Shown here one piece after another: positions 1 through 11,440 of a DNA stretch of 64,000 nucleotides. Source of the stretch: Phoronis australis. Its lineage: Eukaryota; Animalia; Phoronida. Numbering within the stretch: the stretch's first letter is position 1; every line of letters starts with the position of its first letter. The translations under genes were made by a program, and so were the position numbers. The notes under the pieces are model-generated. The model saw nothing but the letters and a program-made list of their open reading frames with translations, made no database searches and was not told the DNA's origin. The DNA is taken from NCBI GenBank assembly GCA_002633005.1, contig NMRA01000773.1, positions 26,509 through 90,508 of the forward strand. The letters are read 5' to 3'.

Positions 1-891
1 GTTTATAAACAAACTGGTCAAAATTGTTACCTTTGAAAGGTTTTAATCAACTAATTAGCTCAAATTCCAATAGGCCTACGGGCCGGCTGTCGCCTGTCCC
101 GTATTGGAATCGGCGATAGTAGGCCTTTAAAGTTTGTGCAAAATACGTAAAAGTTCATGGAAAGATTTTAGATGGTCCTTTTATTCTAATCAACATGCAA
201 ACTTTTAGAAATTGTTACCTTTGAAAGTTTTTAATCATCTAATTAACCCAAATTCCAATACGAACCTGACTGAGAAGGATGAGGTCGTCTGAACTGTCAA
301 AAAAAAAAAACGCCTCTTCCGAATTGTGATCAGACCATGTCACAATGTTCAATATAAAGTGTAGTTTGGTTGACACAATTATTTCGATGTTGGGAGCTTT
401 GCATTCATGTCCTTTTGAAGCTGTGATCGCCGCGCGATTCCAATACGGGCCGCTGTCGAGTGTGTGTCCCGTATTGGAATCGGCGACAGTAGACCTTTAA
501 AGTTGGTAGAAAATACGTGGAAACTTAAGAGCATATTTTAGCATGATCTTTTTATATATAGCAATGTTCAAATTCGTCGAAAATGTTCTGGTAGAAGCTA
601 AATTTTCAAAATTATTTGCCTTGCACTCCTGCAACTCGTAAGAGCCGCCATTTTGAATTTAGACTCTGTCAATCTCGCACAAAGACTGAGGATTTAATAG
701 CAACACGACGTTGTGGGTGTCCGTTTTATATTAAAACTATGAAAGGAAACTTCCATTTTATGAAAACATAGCGAATTATAAAGTTTTGTAGTCAATTTAT
801 CGTTTTAAAGCATTATTCCGATACGGGCCGTTCCCGTATTGGATCAGTATTCCAATGACGGGCCAGATTCCAATGAATACGGGCCGGAACA
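1..891. mobile_element. Right part of a non-autonomous TIR element with repeated TTCCAATACGGGCC motifs and an ...CCGGAACA end (TGT/ACA terminus, Ginger-like; family uncertain)
   Basis: TTCCAATACGGG / CCCGTATTGGAA motif recurs in both orientations and clusters at the end (817-891). Internal ~360 bp duplication (65-190 vs 438-565). Left end lies outside the window. Confidence 0.5.
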
Positions 892-899
892 AATGCTAG

Positions 900-1476
900 T
901 TCACCCCTGACAACTAGACCGGCAGCCCAGAGCACTTAGCATAGATGAACGAGGTACCAACATCTGACCACGGGAGCATTTAAAGTCCACCTCAGCATGT
1001 ACAGAAATGGACGTCTGCCGTAGTCTGCACTCTGGGTGTGACCCCTGGGGGCCTTACAAACAGCCCAAAAAATGAACTAGACTAGATATTCGAGGTACCA
1101 ACCAAAACTGATTCAAAACGAACAATAGTACCGCACTGAACATTGAATGACCCATGACAGACAAACTGCACTCTAGAATGGGTCCGGCAGAAACCAAAAA
1201 AAGACCCCCAAAATTGTGCTAGCACATACATTCGAGATACCACAAAAACAATTACATTAGATTCAATACATGTCACAGGTCACTAAATGCCCTATGACCG
1301 GCAGACAAAATACACTCTGAATTGTCCCTGGCAGAAACCCTCAAAAATCTCAACCACGGTTTGCCATTTTTGAGACAGTTAGATTTTCAAGGTATCGGCT
1401 TAAACTGATTTAAAACCACCAATCGTGCTGCACTGAAAACCCAATGACCCGTGAAAGACAAATTTTACTCGGAAAT
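900..1476. repeat. Degenerate tandem repeat (units containing ATGACC..GACAGACAAA..CACTC..GAAT..GCAGAAACC)
   Basis: Similar blocks at ~1100-1200, ~1285-1345 and ~1400-1476, running into the gap. Confidence 0.5.
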
Positions 1477-1560
1477 NNNNNNNNNNNNNNNNNNNNNNNN
1501 NNNNNNNNNNNNNNNNNNNNNNNNNNNNNNNNNNNNNNNNNNNNNNNNNNNNNNNNNNNN
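1477..1560. other. Assembly gap (N run)
   Basis: Run of N. Confidence 0.99.
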
Positions 1561-1912
1561 ATAGCAATATTCAAATTCGTCGAAAATGTTCTGGTAGAAG
1601 CTAAATTTTAACAATTATTTGCCTTGCACTCCTGCAACTCGGAATAGCCGCCATTTTGAATTTAGCCTCGATCAATCTCGCACAAAGATTGAGGATTAAT
1701 AGCTTCACGACGTTGTGGGTGTCCGTTTTATATTAAAAATATGAAAGGAAACCTCCATTTTATGAAAACATAGCGAATTATAAAGTTTTGTAGTCAATTT
1801 ATCGTTTTACAGCATTATTCCAATACGGGCTGCCCGTATTGGAATTCCAATACGGGCCGTGCCCGTATTGGAATATTCCAATACGGGCCAGATTCCAATA
1901 CGGGCCGGAACA
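1561..1912. mobile_element. Second copy of the right end of the TTCCAATACGGG element
   Basis: Near-identical to 558-891, ends ...GGGCCGGAACA at 1912, different downstream flank. Confidence 0.7.
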
Positions 1913-2081
1913 TTGGCATTCTATGGTTTAGGGGTTAAATAAGACTAAAGTTTTGGTTTGGGGCGGAGGCGACAGATAATTTGCCAAGTTGCCTAAAATC
2001 CTTTAAAACCTCGAGTGTCTAGATTAGAGGAGGAAGTGCAAGCACACTTGTTTTTTTTCGGGAATGTTCACCATTTGTTAA

Positions 2082-3710
2082 AGGTATCCTGAACATTTCC
2101 AGTCGATTTCTATAAAAGTGGACTTAATAAAAATAGCAGATCCTCATATCGGAAGTCAACAAACTTGAATTTGCCCCCTAAACAGATACAAGCTAAATCC
2201 ACTCAATTTTTTCCACAACGCTCTGTTCGTTATCAGACAACTGTACAGCGAGCTCAAATTTTAAAAATGGCTGTACAGTATTAGTGGCAGGTTTATTCGA
2301 TACGTTACGATACGTTGTCAAGCAAGCCCAAGAGTTGAGTGAAGTCAGCGCTCTGCTTGCTCACGCCGCTTCATAGTTTTAGGGGACGAGGTCGTCTTGA
2401 CCCCCACCCTGCTCTACAAAATACAACCCACGACACGTTTTTTCGAAAGAAGTTACGCTAGCGGTAGTTTCACGGTGTTCGCCTTGAAATTTCCTTGATT
2501 TTTATGCTTCCTCTGGACGGGTTCGGTTGCTGTGGGTTTGGATGCGTTAGAAACCTATCTGTTGCATGGTTTTACTAAGCAACGCTTTTGAATCTGACCT
2601 CGCAACACTGGGGAATTTTCTGAACGGCCCAGCGAATGAAGTTGCATTACGTAAATACAAACCAAATCTTCAATCAAATTGGTGTGTTTGCTGTTTCCGG
2701 GCCGAATAAATTCTCGTCCTAATGAACACGGCTTTAGAGAAGTAAGTTGGTAAGGTCAGGGTAACACGGGGCAGCAGATAGCTACATTAGATAACTCAGT
2801 AAACTCATATAATACAGTGTATTTACAAGTATTAGCAACAATATGACAGAATACACGACTTGCATAGAATAGCCACCGACAAATGTACGAATTTAGAGCA
2901 ACATTTAACATGGTGGACAAGTAGTATTTTATATTTTCATTTTCCATAAAAGGTATCGCATTTTAATTAATGTTTTGCCACACTGAGGTTGTGTACCACA
3001 ACTACCAGACAGTGTTTTAAACACACAAAAATGAAAAAGAGGAACTTTTGCAGTTATGTTGGTCTACAACGTATACAACCTTTCACCTAGGAACAGTGGT
3101 CTGTATACCAGGTTTGAAGGTATTTTGCATTTTAGACAATGTCATGAAACTCTTAAAAAGTTCATAGGCCTTGGTTTCATTACAAAAGATCCCAAGGTAT
3201 GTACCTCAGTGAGGACAAAATTCTTTGTTCAGTCACAGGTCAAGTGATATGAGGGGCTAATCAAGCTACATGAATAGCTATTGGTTGCAGTTCCTCCTGG
3301 GATTCTTTTGAAAGTGCAAGTTAAGATATCACCCTGCAGAGGCACAGATCCTGCACTTCCTTTCACAAAAACATTGTGCCTTGGATAAAGCTGGGGTTAC
3401 GCAGGACCCTAAACATGTCTAAATTGGGCCAACGTCCGAACTGGGTAATTGGACTCGTGTGAAACTTTCCGATACTATGCATTATGAAATGTATTTCCAA
3501 AATGCCAGATAATGCAGAGAAACCACCATATGCCAGCATACATTGTGCAAGGCACTGAAATGATTTCTGAAGACAACAAGCACAAAAGTTGAACAAGAGG
3601 AAAAAAGACATGACAGTTGTGTGCGGTTTTGAATCATGTACTTTACAGTGATAGACAACAGAAAGTCCAACAGGAACGAAGTTGTCCTGACAGTGGAGAT
3701 GTTAGGTTTT
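2082..3710 (+). pseudogene. Old Kolobok-like relic: TTAA-AGG start, decayed THAP exon and transposase-like fragments
   Basis: TTAA(2078-2081)|AGGTATCC. Degenerate THAP pieces CCGFGC (~2527), LHGFxK (~2562) and VC (~2683), then a GTAAGT donor at 2741. QRNHHMPA..DF*RQQ (~3515-3580) and VVL..GD.R (~3681) resemble Kolobok transposase motifs. Right end not found. Confidence 0.4.
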
Positions 3711-5221
3711 TATGAAAACTGACGAGTGGCTCCCCTGTACCTGTCCCCTTTCCCTCCCTCTCTGACTCAACACAATCAATCAACAAAAATCCCAAGTTTA
3801 AACAAGTGACTAGTTGATTCTCTTGTACAATAATTTACGTCAGGTTCCTTAAGGTCTTATATCAATATGCAATACAACTACAAGACAATAGTATTCACAC
3901 AAATAAGCCATTCCTGGTCATCATGGCTAATTTTGTTAACAGCAAAAATGTCAGGTAATAAATTGGGGCACAACTGAAACTGCAGAATAGCTTAGTTACC
4001 TCAATGACTTTCTTGTTAATTTCCATTTCTTCTCAGTCAGAAGGGAAGACCTCTCTGGCAACAAATTTGGCTTCCACCAAGCCACCATGAAGGGGAATTG
4101 TGTGTCATTTTGTCTGAAAACTTTTGGCTTATATTGTAACTCCAGTACTAGAGAAGTGTCAACAAAAACTGCGAGGTTAGTTGAATTTCAGACTGGCTAC
4201 AACAGTTAACCGACAGGGAAGTTATTGCAGTTTGATGTTTTAGTAATTAAAGTTATTGCAAGATGATGGCCCAAAAACGTTATGCAAAATGTATTTTTTA
4301 ACTTTGAAGAACCTTACATGAGGTTGGATAAGAAGCAAATGAAGTGCTTACAGTAATTACAGTAATTTCATTGAGAACCCCCCCCTCCTTTTGGGCCAAA
4401 TCACCACAATTATATAATATAAGCTGTCCAATCACACGATCCTCTTCCTGGAGCAATTCACACATACCATCCAATGTAGCATATGTGTACATAATGTGTA
4501 CATATGGTCTACTTCAAAAACATGCACCAAAAATTAAAATAAATAATTGTATGAACTAACAGAATCATACCAAACATTTTGCTAGCATGCTATTTACTGG
4601 TGACTGCACTATGTATTTCACTCTGCATCGCGCCAATCAATCCAGGAAGCTGAATCTTCTCAGTCTTTTGAGGACTTGTCTTGTTGAATGGACAAACTTT
4701 CAAATGCTCCGAAATAGGATTATGTCCAGTGAAGTGCCACCTGTTGACAGGGGTGAAGGCCGAGGAAAAGAACCACCTCTGAAATGAGATGCTCAGTTTT
4801 ATTTGTGGTGCCAAACTGAACAGTTCCTGTTCATTATTAGCATGTTCAAGTTGGCTACACTGTTGCATGTTTTTTTTTAATATCGAAGTGCAATGAATGA
4901 ATGATTTTTAGTAACTAAAATTTTGCCACTTTCATACAGTAGACATAAGTAGCATGACTCATAGTTTGTACACTTGATATTCAGAGCCTCAATTGGATAC
5001 ATGGACGCCAAGGCAAGCTTTCAAACTAAACTGGGCAGTGTCGAAATTTTAGGTGTGCAAAACAGCGACTAAACAATCCTTTGAATTCTGTCACAATCTT
5101 TTTTAAAAAAAAACAGTTGCAGGCGGTCTGATACATGCTGTACCAGACATGCGCAGGCCTCGTATTTTGGCCCATTGCACTGATCACCTGGAACTATTTC
5201 ATGCTTTATTGATATATGGTT

Positions 5222-5340
5222 AAAACCGAGCTGAGGAGCTAGATATCTAGCTCAAGGGTTTAGCAGTATGTTCTGGTGGGACTCGAACCCACAATCTCGA
5301 GTAAAGAAAACGGGCACTTATCAACCAGGCCACACTGCCT
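5222..5340 (-). mobile_element. tRNA-derived SINE head
   Basis: Minus strand reads GGCAGTG TGGCCTGGTTG (A-box-like) ... GGTTCGAGTCCC (B box). No convincing complete cloverleaf. Confidence 0.6.
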
Positions 5341-6210
5341 CCTGTCACTATCTTGGCAAGTGCGGAACCATGCACTTAGTAGAAATTGGGACAACTAGCC
5401 TTGCAAGTCCTTGTGCAAATCAACAACTATCGGCTAGGTACAATGATGTCACATTAAACTCTGACTAGGGTAAAGTTCAACAAGATTACCTTTTTATTAC
5501 CACAAATGTTTGACTTAATTGCCATATTATTGTGGCAAGAAATATACACGTCCAACTTTGACAGTCTGACAGAATTGGAAGTCTGTTCCGTTTATTTTGA
5601 AACTACTGTTTCAGTAGAAAGCCTGGTCATTTTCCACATTCCACTTTAAGCCCTTTCATATTGACTTAACTCCGGTCTGAGGGGAGCGTCGATGTAAACA
5701 GCGCAGCTAACTGGACCATTCATACTGGCTTCCGTAGTTAATGAACATCGAAGTAAGCGGTTGTGTGCCGCTGTCGTCATCGAAGTTATCGCAAGGTAGC
5801 GTTGGACGCTAAGAAGAGTATGTTTCAATGGTTTTTATGCAGATTCACGATGTTTTTAAAACGTCTACAAACGGATCATATGACTTTAACTGGACCGTTC
5901 ATACTGGTTTCGGTAGTTAATGAACATAAAAGTAAACGGTTGTGTGCCGCTGTCGTCATCGAAGTTATCACAAGGTAGCGTTGCACCCTAAGATTTTTTC
6001 AATGTTTCAATTTGGAAATATTTACATGTGCTAAGTGACCTTAAACTTATTTTTAAATCGATTGGTTATTATTAGAGCAAAATATAAGCAGCTATTAGTG
6101 ACGGCACTACCTTGTAACTGTTGACGATAGCAGTGGTACCTGGCGATAACTTCGATTGGACCGGAGTTAAGCGTTCATACTCCACCGCAGCGTCGACGCT
6201 GCGGTTTTAA

Positions 6211-7900
6211 AGGAGAATGCCACCCGATTTAATTAGTCTTTTTTACTGTATTAATCGGTCTATATCCACATCGCCTCTTGTACGGTCGACCCCACCTTGC
6301 CGAGAGGTGTCGCGTTAACCTGTGAGAAAGGTGAGAAACAACGCAGGGACGTCAGTGGTTCGTCTTCAGAGTGAATGCCGCGCTACATTGCGGTGAATCG
6401 ATCTCGCTTGTCCGAAATACGAAGCTGCGAAGAAAGCTGGTATATCATTTTTTCGACTTCCTCGAGAACCCGAAATGCTTAGGAAGTGGCTCGCGGTAGT
6501 GAAGAATGAAAGGTACGCTATTTTAGCAAGTTATGAGGCCGTGAAACATCTCCGTGTCTGTGGCCGGCATTTCGTCGACAGTGATTTCTCTGACAAATTC
6601 CGGCTTACCAAAGAACTATCCATACGTTCCGTTGCCTGTGCATGTTCACGGCGCCTCTCTAGTATTTCTTGATCAGTGTATTCTGGTTCGAACTGATAGC
6701 CTGTGAAACCTAACGATCCGACCCATGAAGTCGTCGTCGGATGAGCTCTTGACTAAGTCGGGATTGGCGGCGGGCGAGTTGCCATGCAGACGTTTATTAT
6801 TCTGCGTTCCATTTCAAAATGAATTATTTTCATCATAACCAATGCTTACATAAAACTGAAACAATTAAAGTCTACGTGTCATTAGATGTAATGCCTTTGC
6901 AGTATTTGTGAGTGCAAATGATGAGAAGCCAGCAATGAATGAAGCACTGCGTTACCGGCTTTTCTGCCGGCAATAAAGGAAAATTGACCGGACACTGAGA
7001 CCGTGTGAGCGCATGCTAATTCAGTGTTTGCTGACAGAGAGCTGTTGTGAAACAATTACTCGATTTTATGTGCTATGGTCACATGTTAGGAGAATCTTTA
7101 TTTAGAAATACAAATACATTATTCAAATCATTGTTACTGTGCAACCTTTGCCCTGACTGTCTGTGGAAGGGGAACCCGACTTCGCGGCCCCTGACAAGTA
7201 AGTAGATTTTCAGTTTCGTAGCTAATTCACATAAATAATTACGTGTACATTATTTCTTTGGCTCACTATTATAGTCTTTTCGTGACTGGAGGTTTTGTTT
7301 CCAACTCAAGCTGGTTTATGTTCGTGCCAGTCCTGATCGGGTTCTAAGCCACTGGCCCGGATAACGAGTCAGTCCGGACGTGACGGGCCTGATCGGGTTC
7401 CGAGCCACTGGCCGGGATAACAAGCGTTTTGTGTGTTTCAGTATAATTCATAAAAAAATCACATGTCTAAACAAGACAGATCTAGGTTCTCCTGTCGGTA
7501 TTTCATGGAAAAATAATTCGAATTTATCTCCGAACAGACCTCAAACTCCTGCTACGGACCTTGGTAAATTGGGCTGCCGAAATTTGTAGGCTACGGTGTG
7601 TCCAAATACCAATAAATTCGTAACAGTGAAATAAAACAACACGGTTTTATAAGAACTCGGTGTATTTTTAAGGGTTTTACATCGACGTTTGATGATTTAT
7701 TGGTGTTAAACGATGAATTCAATAACCCGTGTTGTGAACTGCTGAACTCACTGCGTGTGAAACCAATGACGTCATTGGATAATTTCAACACCTCCGTCTG
7801 CCGTCAGGTCACAGGTAACGCAAACGAACGTGCCGTTATCGAGTAGAACTACTCGATCTAAATTGATACAAAATAGGTTGTTTTAGGGTGGCATTCTCCT
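6211..7900 (+). mobile_element. Kolobok family 1, non-autonomous, copy 1
   Basis: Perfect 15 bp TIR AGGAGAATGCCACCC, TTAA at 6207-6210 and 7901-7904. Colinear with 60994-62689 and with the inverted copy at 38808-41996. Confidence 0.9.
6375..6595 (+). pseudogene. THAP zinc-finger remnant (N-terminus of Kolobok transposase)
   Basis: MPR..., then after a frameshift GISFFRLPREPEMLRKWLAVVKNER...HLRVCGRHFVDSDF, matching the THAP FP/W/VCxxHF pattern. Truncated. Confidence 0.8.
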
Positions 7901-10489
7901 TTAAATCCACCTGTTAACTGCGATGTAAATCGGAGCTGTTAACTGCGATCCAGGACCGGAGTTAAGCGTTCATACTGACCGCAACTCCCCAAACCATCGA
8001 CGCGTCGACATTAGTATGAAAGGCCCTTAACAATGAACTGTGACCTTCTTTTAAAAGTAAGTTGCAAACGAGTAAGAGTTGCCTGGGAACGGTACGTTTT
8101 AATGATAATTAAGTTAATTACGCGCTGCAAAATTAGTTGACATTGCGAGTGAATGTTGAAGAAGCTAACATAGTTAAGGCGTTTATAGGTTATGTGTACC
8201 GAAAACAAGTTTTCACCGAATAATTAACCGAAGAGTTTGAGATTTTCACTTGTCCCAGTTTAATCGGCTTTTTCTCGGCTTCGGCAAATCGACATTATTT
8301 GAACTTAGGAACACTGGTTCTCCAAAACGGCTTGATGGATTTCTCTGAAACTTTCCAAACTTAATATTTAGTCATCAGTCTCAAAGAAAACTGATAGAAT
8401 TTTTGATAAAAAGGCCTAGTTTTTGCATAATGTAACAAAGACCAATACGACTTCAATTTTTTTTTTGCAAAAGTACCTAACGTTTTGCAACTTGATTTGT
8501 TATAGAAACCAAAAGAAAAGACTAATCGAAAATTCCTAACAGCATTTTTGAGGTAACTGGTGAAGTTTTCATTTAAAAAGGGTTTCATTAAAATTAACAT
8601 TGGGGTTATTTTGCTATGAATGTACCTTTCTTAAAAATGAAAATTTGACTTAAAAAGGTTTTACGTAAAAATAATGGTACACATATACAAACAAAAATTA
8701 TATTCCCTGATCTTTTTTCTTCCAGAAAATATACACTTTTACTAGTTGACAAAGCTTAGATTTTTGATATACGAGTTAGAATGGAGGTCACAAAATAAGG
8801 TTTGATATATGATTAGAATGGAGGTTTGAGATAACCTTGACCTTGAAAAGAGAGAATTCTGCTGTTATTAATCAGCTACTTGTTATGGAGTAAGTGAGAA
8901 TTATTAGATTTATTACACGGTAAACGTTGGTCACATTACGTGACCAATAATTTAGTCCGAAAATATCCGGGTTCTAACCCGTGCAGACGCTCTAATCTAT
9001 TGAATGTCTGCACGAATAAGTCCCGGGTTTGAGGCGCGGACGGGGGAGATACACGTATCTTTTCGGACTTAAATATAGATCATTTGATGTGACTAACAAA
9101 TAATAATTCTTACATACAAAAACAAACAAGTTTGCAACACAGGGTATACGTATTTGTCATGACGTATTTGTCATGACATACTTGTCCTGACGTTTTCAGC
9201 CCGTAAACACTTCTCGAAACGGAATTAATCTAACAGAAACCGCAGAAGCGCAGGTGGTTGCCATGGAAACTTTCCACCTGTGATATGTGTGCTGAACAAG
9301 CGTAGATCTTGATCTGCTGAAGCCCTGCGCGATTGAAATATCTTATTAGTTGGTCGATATTTAAAGTTCCAAAAAGGCTGAGAATAATTTTTATCACTAA
9401 TTCAAATCTACAAATAAAAAAATGAAACCGCAAGACTATGAGGTGATGATACAGGCAAAGGTCATGACTGTGGTTTGTTTACGCAGAAATAAACAATAAA
9501 ACCTGTGTATGCCGACAGTCTTCAACGCAGACGTGGTGATGATTAGACACCGCCAACAAAACATTTCCTTGCAGCGTGTGTCTGGATAAAGATATCTTTA
9601 ACAGGCCCGTAGCCAGCATATCCGTTAAAGATATTTTTATGTAAGGATATAGGTGGACAACAACAAAAAAATGTTGCAGCTACTGGTACTACTAAATACA
9701 ATGATAATTAAGTTAGTAATAATTTTGAAATTGCTCCTCATTCAAAGCGCTTCACGTGGCATCGGGCGGTACCCGTCCAACTTCGCCCAAGTGGTGTTTG
9801 TGTAGATGACAGGATATCGTACAGACGACAAAAGGAGTCTTGATCAGCACTGAACGCGCGTGGTTGCAACACCAAAGGGTAACAAGGGAATCCAGAAGTG
9901 AATGTCTATACCTACTGTAGGCATAGATGCCTAGCCCTATGACCTAAGCAAGCTATATAGCAACGATCGAGAGCTTGCAAAAAGTAATGCGATGTGAATA
10001 CCTTAAATCGGTCAAGAAACAAAACAGCCGTAATTTGTGAATTGTTATTCTGCTATTTTGGTTTAATTGCTAGCATAGTACGGTAAAGTGCAGGTATTTT
10101 CAAATTTTGAATTGAAAGTGATCGTCAGATATGCAAATACGTTGTTCATCCAATGTCCACTTGGATTGTGGATTGGTGGATTGACATGCATGTGTGTACA
10201 CGTGTGTGCGTTTCCGTTCTTTTAAATTCAGTACATGCTGACAGTAAGTTCACTATAGGCAGTCCTCCGCCGTGCTAAAAAACAAGACATTCAACTACCA
10301 TGTTTTCTTGAACTGAGAAAACCCCGTCAAGCATTTTCATTTCATTAGGGAAAAGAAGGCCTAGACCTCAACTTTGGTCAATAAAGAAAGTTTTCTCTTG
10401 TCAATCGGTGTCCATGGTGCACAATCCCGCAGACTTTATACGAGCAACAAACTTGATGGAAAAGATTTCCAAGGCTACATGTCACAACA

Positions 10490-11440
10490 TGTATGCCGAA
10501 GGTCCATTACTCCGAATGCTCACTGTGTCTCCGAAGGTTCGTTACCTTCGAAAATTCACTACTTCGAATTTCCCCAATTCCCGAAAATCAGAACTCCGAC
10601 TTTTCACTACTCTGGTTGTCTGATCACGACTAATTCTAAAGCATGCGGGGAAAACACCTGGGGCCTGGGTCCATGGGCGACGCACCATAGGGGGCTGGGG
10701 GCTATAGCCCCTCCATTTATTTCAGTGCTGCGCTGCCCATGGGCATGGGTGGCGCGCACCATAGAGGGCTGGGCGGGGGGGGGGCTACAGCCCCCAACTT
10801 ATTTTATTGCTGAGCCGCCCATGGGGTGAGGGCTGCGGCGACCAACGACTGTTTGAAACTTAAGAAGACTGAATGGGACTCCCTGATTTCGTGAAGGCTG
10901 GCAGGGACAGGGTGCCCTACTAACTACATTTAGTTTCAACTCGGCCGTGCGCGAGATTTCTGGTGTGAGGCTGAGGCGCAGCGGCTCTAAACTTTTCAGT
11001 CATGCTGCGATGGGATCTTGACATGGATTTGATGAATGTATTGTTTTTCATAATTCATCAATATTCCTACTTTATGTTCTTTTAAAAATGCACGTGCGCA
11101 CTCATTTTCCGCGTTAAGACTTGCGGCAATATCGCATGCACATTGAAAATGAATATAGACAGTGACTACCCTCTGGCCAGCTAGACGTTGGTCACTGTCT
11201 ACATGAAATCCAAACAAAGTGCTTTAGTACCCGGTCGTTGTTTCAATATAGGTGCATCTAATAGCCGAAGAATCGTTTATTTTTTAATGTAAAATTATAA
11301 AAATTACACCTGAGTCTGAAAGTTTAGATACTTTCGGAGCAGTGAACCTTCGAAGTATAGATTCTTCGAAGTACATGTAGTCAACCTTCGGAGTAGTGAA
11401 TCTTCGGAGTCCTAAACCTTCGAAATAGTGATCTGTTCCC
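10490..11440. mobile_element. Fold-back-type element with inverted arms built of ~15 bp repeats (CCTTCGGAGTAGTGA)
   Basis: Left arm 10490-10615 has CCGAAGGTTC/TTCACTACT units. Right arm 11330-11440 has their reverse complement and ends ...CTGTTCCC. The left terminus is degenerate. Confidence 0.5.
10672..10823. mobile_element. Tandem pair of tiny GC-rich CATGGG..CCCATG MITEs
   Basis: Two similar units (10672-10741, 10743-10823). Outer flanks GGGTC / GGGTG. Confidence 0.55.

Larger units (their letters stand above)
5649..8026. mobile_element. PIF/Harbinger-like MITE, host of the Kolobok copy at 6211-7900
   Basis: Imperfect TIRs AGCCCTTTCATATTGA / (rc) GGGCCTTTCATACTAA, flanked by TTA on both sides. 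Internal TTCATACT and GGACCGGAGTTAAG repeats occur on both sides of the nested insert. 180 bp internal duplication (5707-5810 / 5887-5990). Confidence 0.65.

Noticed and set aside
5267-5340. tRNA gene
   Set aside because: A and B boxes are present but there is no convincing acceptor or anticodon stem. Treated as a SINE head.
6211-7900. Kolobok copies as long terminal direct repeats of one composite KolobokP element
   Set aside because: The copies are ~55 kb apart, diverged, each has its own TTAA flanks, and they contain gene remnants. They are independent insertions.
8174-8850. AT-rich block starting TTAAGGCG as a distinct element
   Set aside because: It looks repeat-like, but no matching terminus or second copy was found in the window.
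10374-10829. 151 aa ORF
   Set aside because: Runs across a repeat arm and GC-rich MITEs, has a non-ATG start and no recognisable domain.
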